The notes under the pieces: generated by a model
The model's input: only the letters and a program-made list of their open reading frames with translations
The model's database searches: none
What the model was told of the DNA's origin: nothing
Program-made: the position numbers and the translations under genes
Source of the DNA: a virus
Strand: one strand, 5' to 3'
UHGV virus genome: UHGV-1887975
Length of the DNA: 11,593 bases
In this document: positions 6,403 to 11,593 of the stretch, one piece after another
Layout: the number at the start of each line of letters is the position of its first letter
How positions within the stretch are numbered: the stretch's first letter is position 1

Positions 6403-6606
6403 ATGATTGATTTAACAGAACGCTATGAGCTTATTAAAGCAATTAGTGAACGATTGAAAGAACAACCCAACAAACCAAAACGAATCAAATCATCCACCTC
6501 TAAGCAAAAGAATAGAATCAGAAGAATCGCTAAATGGTGTCTTGATAAATTACCAAGTGATTGTCAGATTGTCGGTGAAGATGGTAATTATTATCTGGTT
6601 AGGTAA
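6403..6606 (+). CDS. Hypothetical small basic protein, 67 aa
   Basis: Strong RBS AAGGAGG (6390..6396) 6 nt upstream of the ATG. Lys/Arg-rich centre (KPKRIKSSTSKQKNRIRRIAK). Followed by a terminator. Confidence 0.65.
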   Translation: MIDLTERYELIKAISERLKEQPNKPKRIKSSTSKQKNRIRRIAKWCLDKLPSDCQIVGEDGNYYLVR

Positions 6607-6631
6607 AAAGATTGGTTGGGTAAAAATCAAC

Positions 6632-6672
6632 GGGAGAGATTATCGAGTGACATCGGTAGCTCTCCCTTTTTT
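6632..6672 (+). terminator. Rho-independent terminator
   Basis: Stem GGGAGAG (6632..6638) / CTCTCCC (6660..6666) enclosing a 21-nt loop, followed directly by TTTTTT (6667..6672). Confidence 0.6.
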
Positions 6673-6702
6673 GTATATGAGATAGTCTTCTATCGAATCC
6701 TG

Positions 6703-6801
6703 TGTGCTACGTGATGATTCGGATAAGAATTATCCTCATGAAATCTGTAAAACTAATACCCACACTGAAAAATAGAATTTACGTACAACACGCTTAAAGA
6801 G
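6703..6801 (+). promoter_or_regulatory. Upstream regulatory cassette, copy 1: GTGTGCTACGTGA, ATACCCAC-N-AAAAAT, TTTACGTA, CACGCTTAAAGAG
   Basis: The same four blocks occur in the same order upstream of the gene at 9102. This copy carries an extra palindrome GGATAAGAATTATCC (6721..6735) between the first and second blocks. Confidence 0.55.
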
Positions 6802-6812
6802 GTGAAACATGA

Positions 6813-8936
6813 ATGAGCAAATTCACAGTTGATAGTTTTATCGTTGAGCTAGGCTTCAATGAAAACGTTATTAAGGGACTGCAAAGAGTTGAAAAGGCAG
6901 CTTTGCAGTCAGCACAAAGAATTGAAAAGAACCTAAATAAAGGTTTCAGGATTAATACAAAGCAGCTTGATAGTAATTTAACGGCTTCTTTAGGGCAGCT
7001 TGAAAGGAAGTTTAATAAGGCCTTTGACAAGATTGAACAGAGAGCAAGAAATACTAAAGCTTTCCAGTTTACCACCAGATTTAATGACACTGTTAATCCT
7101 CCAAAACAACCAAGACAGCCACGAATTAGCGGAAACAGAGCAATCACAGCAGCTTACTCAGCGAATATGAGCAAGCTAAAAGGCCTTAACCCAATTGTCG
7201 AGAAATACATTAAGAGTCAGTTTTACGGGCTATCTGCTAAAGCCGGGTCAATGGATTCTTCAAAATTCAATGAGAAGTTAGCTCAGTTAAACGCTTCAGT
7301 CAGAGAAGCAATTGCTAAAGCCAGAGGTCATACATCCACCAGCATTAATGGTGACAGAGCAGCTAATAGTCTTGATAACCTGTCTTCAGCAGCAGTTAAA
7401 ACAGCAGGTGCATTTATCTCAATGCAGGCTGTATTAGCCAGTTATCAGAAGATTATGGAAATTGGTTTACAGCGTGCAAGTGCTGAACGTTCAATTGATT
7501 TCGTATTTGATAAAGATGCAGGTCAGGTAAAAGAGTTCACAAAGTCATTAGCTCAAACAACGGGTTTAGATATCGCTGAACTGCAATCACAGTTTGCTGG
7601 TTTTGGTGCTTCAGCTAAAGAGTCTATGGGTATTCAAGGTTCTGAAGAACTTTTTAAAAATATGATTGGCTATGCTCGTCTGATGGGGAGAAGTGAAGAA
7701 GAGATTAAGCGAGCACTGACAGCATTATCACAGATGGCTGGTAAGGGTCAGATTATGGCTGAAGAGCTTAAGGGGCAACTGGCTGAAGCTGTTCCTGGTA
7801 TGGTTCAGGTATTCGCTAAAGCAACCGGAAAGACTGAACAGGAATTATTTGATGCCATGAAGAAGGGGGCTTTAAAATCTGCCGATACTCTTCAGAAGGT
7901 CACTCAGGAACTGAATAAACAAATCACCGCTAAAGGTGGCTGGAAAGCCATTTCAGAAAGTACTCAGGCACAACTAGGGAACTTGAAAAACTCTTGGAAT
8001 ACCACGCTTGATAGTATCTTCAGAGGTTCTGAAAATGGTCTGCAAGATTTTACACGAAGCCTAACAACGCTTTTAAACGCTCTTGGTGGAAGTGGTAAAA
8101 GTCTTGGTGAATCTCTTGGTAGTCTCATGACTTCTATGTCACATGGTGTCGATAGTCTGACCGATATTAGTTACAAGGTGCGAGCGTTCTTTGATGAGGT
8201 GACATTAGCTTACCGTTCACTAAATGACACTCAGAGGAAAATTGTTGATGGTTTATCTGATGGGTTAATTGATGGTTTGAAGATGCTTGCTGTGGCTGTT
8301 ACTGCTCAAAAGGCTGCAAATGTAGCTGGAGGCTTGTTAAACCTTGCAAATGCTGTTACTTCATTCGGTGATGCTGTTAATAAAGCTAAAGCTGGCAAGG
8401 CTGGTTCTTCAGGTGGTGCGCTAAGTAAAGTCGGTAGAGTTGTCCTTTATGCTGAGTTGGTAAACTTTGCTCTTGATAATTTAAACCCTGAAGCAGCTAA
8501 GAATCCGAACTTACACCAATCAGGTATTGGTACAGAAACAAACTTCAATCCTGAATACAAAGGCGATTCTAAACCAAACCAAATTAATGAGGGGTGGGCT
8601 AAGATTGGTAGTTCTATCGCTGACTGGTTTAATGGTGCAGCTAATAAAATTGCTAACTTACAAGAACCGATGAATAACTTCGTAAATAACACACAATCAA
8701 CTCCACCAGCTATCGACACGGTGAATATCAATGCTCAATTAGCTATGGCTGTATCAGAGTTAGGAAGAAAGGTTGATGCTTTAACAGTAGAAGCTCGGAA
8801 GCCTTTATCAGTTAATATCAAAGGTGAAGCAATTGTTAGGCCGGATGAGCCATCTTTCTTTAATTTCAATCAATCAGCTAATGACCAGTTCACGCAGGAT
8901 ATGCTCTTAAGTTCAAGCTATCCAGAGGAAGAATGA
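6813..8936 (+). CDS. Tape-measure-domain protein, 707 aa (putative phage tail length tape-measure protein)
   Basis: The central segment GYARLMGRSEEEIKRALTALSQMAGKGQIMAEELKGQLAEAVPGMVQVFAKATGKTEQELFDAMKKGALKSADTL matches, as I recall it, the conserved tape-measure signature of lambda gpH-type proteins. N-terminus is coiled-coil-like; C-terminal third is Asn/Gln/Ser-rich low complexity. RBS AGAGGTG about 10 nt upstream. Confidence 0.75.
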   Translation: MSKFTVDSFIVELGFNENVIKGLQRVEKAALQSAQRIEKNLNKGFRINTKQLDSNLTASLGQLERKFNKAFDKIEQRARNTKAFQFTTRFNDTVNPPKQPRQPRISGNRAITAAYSANMSKLKGLNPIVEKYIKSQFYGLSAKAGSMDSSKFNEKLAQLNASVREAIAKARGHTSTSINGDRAANSLDNLSSAAVKTAGAFISMQAVLASYQKIMEIGLQRASAERSIDFVFDKDAGQVKEFTKSLAQTTGLDIAELQSQFAGFGASAKESMGIQGSEELFKNMIGYARLMGRSEEEIKRALTALSQMAGKGQIMAEELKGQLAEAVPGMVQVFAKATGKTEQELFDAMKKGALKSADTLQKVTQELNKQITAKGGWKAISESTQAQLGNLKNSWNTTLDSIFRGSENGLQDFTRSLTTLLNALGGSGKSLGESLGSLMTSMSHGVDSLTDISYKVRAFFDEVTLAYRSLNDTQRKIVDGLSDGLIDGLKMLAVAVTAQKAANVAGGLLNLANAVTSFGDAVNKAKAGKAGSSGGALSKVGRVVLYAELVNFALDNLNPEAAKNPNLHQSGIGTETNFNPEYKGDSKPNQINEGWAKIGSSIADWFNGAANKIANLQEPMNNFVNNTQSTPPAIDTVNINAQLAMAVSELGRKVDALTVEARKPLSVNIKGEAIVRPDEPSFFNFNQSANDQFTQDMLLSSSYPEEE

Positions 8937-8952
8937 TTTCTTATATATATCC

Positions 8953-9026
8953 GTGTGCTACGTGAAATCTTCTGAACGGATATACCCACTAAAAATTATT
9001 TTTTACGTAGCTCACGCTTAACAGAG
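8953..9026 (+). promoter_or_regulatory. Upstream regulatory cassette, copy 2: GTGTGCTACGTGA, ATACCCACTAAAAAT, TTTACGTA, CACGCTTAACAGAG
   Basis: Same four blocks as 6703..6801 in the same order and similar spacing, but without the palindrome insert. Ends about 75 nt upstream of the ATG at 9102. Confidence 0.55.
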
Positions 9027-9101
9027 AAAATACTTATATATCAAAGGTTTGGTTAAAAATGATTAAAATACACTAAGCCTTTGAAATCAAAGGAGAATTT
9101 A

Positions 9102-9872
9102 ATGATTTACACTAATCAGCTTCGTTACAGTGGCAAAGATGGTGTTTACTTCCATCTACAAGGCCAACCAGATAATTTCTTGTCACTATCAGCAACTGAG
9201 AACATGGAATATGACAGCCCTATGATGGTGACCACTCAAAATATGCAATCAGGGCAGACTGTAACAGATAATGTAATGCGTTCACCAAGAACTATTTCAA
9301 TCAGTGGTGTGGTTGTGGTTGGTGAATCCGGTAGTATCCTTATCTCAAGAGATAATAAGCTGGTGGAAAACTTCATAGACACTCTTGAAAACTGGCGTGA
9401 CCAGAAGCAAATTATCTCAGTTGTCTGTAAAGATGGTATTAAGATTGACGACTCAATTATTACAAGCTTTAAAGCCTCTAAAGATGTTGGTATTTCAAAC
9501 GGCCTAAGAATCCAGCTAACTTTTCAGGAAATCAACTTTAAAGCTATCGTAGGGCAAACTGATATTTCGACTGCTACTGGCAAGACCGCTACCACGAATG
9601 ATGGTGGTGCTACTTCTAAGAAGAATACAGGGAATACTACGACAAGTCTTGGAAGCCCTATGCTGACCTGTAAAGAGCTTTTTAGCTATTCGGCAAGTAA
9701 GTTATCAGATGAAGCGCTAAAAGCCCGTGTAACGTGCTCTAAGAGCGTTAGCGTTAAAAATGGTGAGAGCACCTTCACAGCCTCAGCTAATGAGCAAGCT
9801 TCAAAGGTGCTTAAGTCGGGTAATGCTTTACGGAAGTACTCTGTGAATCCGAATAAGAAGGGCACTTATTGA
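9102..9872 (+). CDS. Hypothetical protein, 256 aa; possible tail-associated structural protein by position only
   Basis: The track ORF begins at a TTG (9081). The ATG at 9102 has AAGGAG (9090..9095) at 6-nt spacing. Ser/Thr/Gly-rich. Assignment as tail-associated rests only on its position after the tape-measure-like gene. Confidence 0.65.
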   Translation: MIYTNQLRYSGKDGVYFHLQGQPDNFLSLSATENMEYDSPMMVTTQNMQSGQTVTDNVMRSPRTISISGVVVVGESGSILISRDNKLVENFIDTLENWRDQKQIISVVCKDGIKIDDSIITSFKASKDVGISNGLRIQLTFQEINFKAIVGQTDISTATGKTATTNDGGATSKKNTGNTTTSLGSPMLTCKELFSYSASKLSDEALKARVTCSKSVSVKNGESTFTASANEQASKVLKSGNALRKYSVNPNKKGTY

Positions 9873-9876
9873 GACA

Positions 9877-9899
9877 TAAAAAGGGGCTTCATAGCCCCT
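9877..9899. terminator. Terminator hairpin between convergent genes
   Basis: Perfect 7-bp GC-rich stem AGGGGCT (9882..9888) / AGCCCCT (9893..9899) with a 4-nt loop. AAAAA (9877..9881) on the + strand gives a U-tract after the stem for the - strand transcript (integrase); a weaker A/T stretch follows for the + strand. Confidence 0.6.
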
Positions 9900-9904
9900 G
9901 AAAA

Positions 9905-11425
9905 TTACAGTTGATAAGCGTCAATATCCAGTAGCTCTTTATCAGCAATTTCAAAGATTGGTGACCCATCATTTAGCGGTAACGGGTTTGTAGGTATGGT
10001 TATTTCAGTGTCGTTCTGTAGCGTTACAGTTACCGAATCCTTACCCAATGTCAGCCCCTTTAGATGCTTGGACAAAATCAACTGACACTCGACACGACCC
10101 GCTTTAGTTGTCAGGTCAATATCTTTAAGCTGGGGTAGTTCCTTATCAGTGAGTGAAGCCTTACGCCTCATGTTATCAATCGTGGTCTGTAGCTCTGTGC
10201 GCTTCTGGTTCAGTTCCTTAAGCTGAATTTTTAGTTCATCAATATCATCCATCTCAAGAAGTAGGGCGGTAGCTTTCTTGATTCTGGTTGTGACAATTTC
10301 AACCTCATGCTGTAGAGATGCAATCTTCCCCTCTGCTTCTCCATCATTCCCCACGTCAATCATCCCCAGAAAATTATCAATCATCCACTTATCAAACGGT
10401 TTACGCTTCAACGGAGGAACATCACAGCGACCATCAAGATGGTTATTGCACCGATAAACGCCCTGATACTTATTCTTAGTCCCTGTAGGGTGAACACTAG
10501 CCCCGCACTGACACCTAAACAGACCTTTGAAGATGTTAATCGTTAATGGATTATCACTTGCAGGTGTACGGCCTATACGGTTCTTACCAAGAATCTCTTG
10601 AGCTTTATTGAACGTTGAAGCATCTATAGCGGCTTCGTAGTAGTTCGGTATAGCGGGGCGGTCATTACGTTGTGATGCTGGTAACGTGCCTATCGTTGTC
10701 TCTGACCTTAAGATGGTGCGTACAGAGTGAACACTAAACCCGTTAGCATCTTTACGGCGACTAAACGACTTTATACCGTTGCTTTGAAGGTGACGGGCGA
10801 TGTTATGCAGACTTTCACCACTTAGCAGCAGCTTGAAAATCAGTCTTACAGTCTCAGCGTGTTCATTGAGTTTAAAAGTATCGGGGTCAATCCATCCGGG
10901 AACCATCTTTGTTAAACGTTGTTCACCAGCAAGGGCAAGTTTTGCACGTTGCTCCCATTTCTGAGAAACACGGAAAGACTTCTGCTTAGATTCCTGATGC
11001 GCTATGTAGGCTTTGACACGCTGGATGATTGAGATTCCTAAATCATCGGCTAAAGCATCCTTTGTGTAGATAAGACCATCTTGTAGCGTGTGAATCTCTA
11101 ACCCGTTGCCTAAGATGCGATTCATCAAGGCTTCTGTTTCAAGGTGTTCTAAGCGGCCTATACGGTCGATACTCTCAACAAGCAAAATCGTACCTTCTGG
11201 AAACTCCCCAGACTCAATACGGGCTAACATGTCACCAAACTGACCAGTAAGATGCTTACCTTTGTAACCGGATAGGCCTTCATCACTGAAAGACGCTACT
11301 ACTTGAGCATCGCTATTCTTCTTCAGCCACTGCTTGAACAGGTCGTTTTGTCGTCTGGTTGAATCTGCACCTTCAGCGCCTTGTATAGCTGAACTGTACC
11401 GAAGGTATGTAATTACGCTCCTCAT
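9905..11425 (-). CDS. int: Large serine recombinase (site-specific integrase), 506 aa
   Basis: N-terminal resolvase-type catalytic domain with candidate nucleophilic Ser in YLRYSSAIQ, a D-x-G-x-SG motif (SDEGLSGYKG) and LVESIDRIGR resembling the resolvase DRLGR box. A large recombinase domain follows, then a Cys-rich zinc-ribbon-like segment (CQCG...C...C) and a C-terminal coiled coil. This is the typical large-serine-recombinase architecture. GGGAG RBS upstream on the - strand. Confidence 0.9.
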   Translation of the reverse strand: MRSVITYLRYSSAIQGAEGADSTRRQNDLFKQWLKKNSDAQVVASFSDEGLSGYKGKHLTGQFGDMLARIESGEFPEGTILLVESIDRIGRLEHLETEALMNRILGNGLEIHTLQDGLIYTKDALADDLGISIIQRVKAYIAHQESKQKSFRVSQKWEQRAKLALAGEQRLTKMVPGWIDPDTFKLNEHAETVRLIFKLLLSGESLHNIARHLQSNGIKSFSRRKDANGFSVHSVRTILRSETTIGTLPASQRNDRPAIPNYYEAAIDASTFNKAQEILGKNRIGRTPASDNPLTINIFKGLFRCQCGASVHPTGTKNKYQGVYRCNNHLDGRCDVPPLKRKPFDKWMIDNFLGMIDVGNDGEAEGKIASLQHEVEIVTTRIKKATALLLEMDDIDELKIQLKELNQKRTELQTTIDNMRRKASLTDKELPQLKDIDLTTKAGRVECQLILSKHLKGLTLGKDSVTVTLQNDTEITIPTNPLPLNDGSPIFEIADKELLDIDAYQL

Positions 11426-11488
11426 GGTGATAAACTCCCATGCAATTGATTCTCATTTAAAGATAAGCTTATAACCATTATGGCTAAT

Positions 11489-11526
11489 GCTACAATGCCG
11501 AATAGCTACAATACAATGACCCTTGA
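11489..11526. repeat. Integrase-proximal repeat cluster: GCTACAATG / GCTACAAT / ACAATG, then the right copy of CAATGACCCTTGA; candidate attachment-site region
   Basis: Direct reading of 11489..11526. The 13-mer at 11514..11526 is identical to 129..141. Sequence to the right becomes GC-rich (cctcgccgcttcccctggccgacg...). Confidence 0.4.
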
Positions 11527-11593
11527 TTTACCTCGCCGCTTCCCCTGGCCGACGTTACTTTCGGTCTGCATTCATGGTGCTGTTGTGGCGGGG

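Larger units (their letters stand above)
129..11526. mobile_element. Putative integrated element (phage-related or satellite-like island) delimited by the 13-bp direct repeats, integrase at right end
   Basis: Large serine recombinase gene adjacent to the right repeat; visible shift from AT-rich to GC-rich sequence just right of 11526; phage-type cargo (tape-measure-domain protein). The left boundary is uncertain because the left flank (1..128) is still AT-rich and the element may extend beyond the window start. Confidence 0.4.

Noticed and set aside
6794-7147. 117-aa - strand ORF antisense to the start of the tape-measure-like gene
   Set aside because: Antisense shadow of a long, well-supported + strand gene; Leu/Ser/Cys-rich translation typical of reverse-frame artefacts.
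8447-8731. 94-aa - strand ORF antisense within the tape-measure-like gene
   Set aside because: Same reasoning: nested antisense ORF, no independent support.
9081-9101. TTG start proposed by the ORF track for the 9102 gene
   Set aside because: The AAGGAG Shine-Dalgarno at 9090..9095 is correctly spaced for the ATG at 9102, not for a TTG at 9081 which would place the RBS inside the coding sequence.
6813-9872. Identification of the element as a specific known satellite family (for example a Vibrio PLE or a PICI)
   Set aside because: The architecture (serine integrase, large noncoding region, few unknown genes) is reminiscent of such satellites, but I cannot match any protein or the flanks to remembered sequences. 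Naming a family would be speculation without a database search.
11527-11593. GC-rich right flank as a tRNA or tmRNA integration target
   Set aside because: The 67 visible bases show no recognisable tRNA acceptor/T-arm pattern; too little sequence to call. Treated only as putative host flank.

Overview
This 11.6 kb AT-rich window reads as the right-hand portion of an integrated mobile element, probably a phage-related or satellite-like island, rather than core chromosome. Nearly all genes are on the + strand and run toward a convergently oriented large serine recombinase (integrase, 9905..11425, - strand) at the right edge. Immediately beyond it the sequence becomes visibly GC-rich (about 11527 onward), which I take as the element/host junction. 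A 13-bp exact direct repeat (129..141 and 11514..11526) may mark the two ends, giving an element of about 11.4 kb, but that is weakly supported. The best-supported cargo gene is a 707-aa protein (6813..8936) carrying the conserved phage tail tape-measure signature, followed by a 257-aa protein; both are preceded by copies of the same four-block upstream sequence cassette. Upstream is an operon-like run of small tightly packed genes with 1-nt start/stop overlaps, driven by a near-consensus sigma70-type promoter at 3411..3439 and including a 128-aa protein with a C-terminal helix-turn-helix. The most unusual feature is a roughly 2.5 kb region (925..3487) with no credible + strand ORF. It contains G-tracts that look + strand-biased, three separate arrays of triple tandem repeats at about one helical turn, a pair of 57-bp imperfect direct repeats, and recurring 8-12 nt words. 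It is a candidate replication origin and/or large noncoding RNA locus. No rRNA, tRNA or CRISPR array was recognised. All functional assignments are from reading the translated ORFs and the DNA by eye; no database search or computation was possible, and a run of ambiguous bases (4967..4984) shows this is draft-quality sequence.
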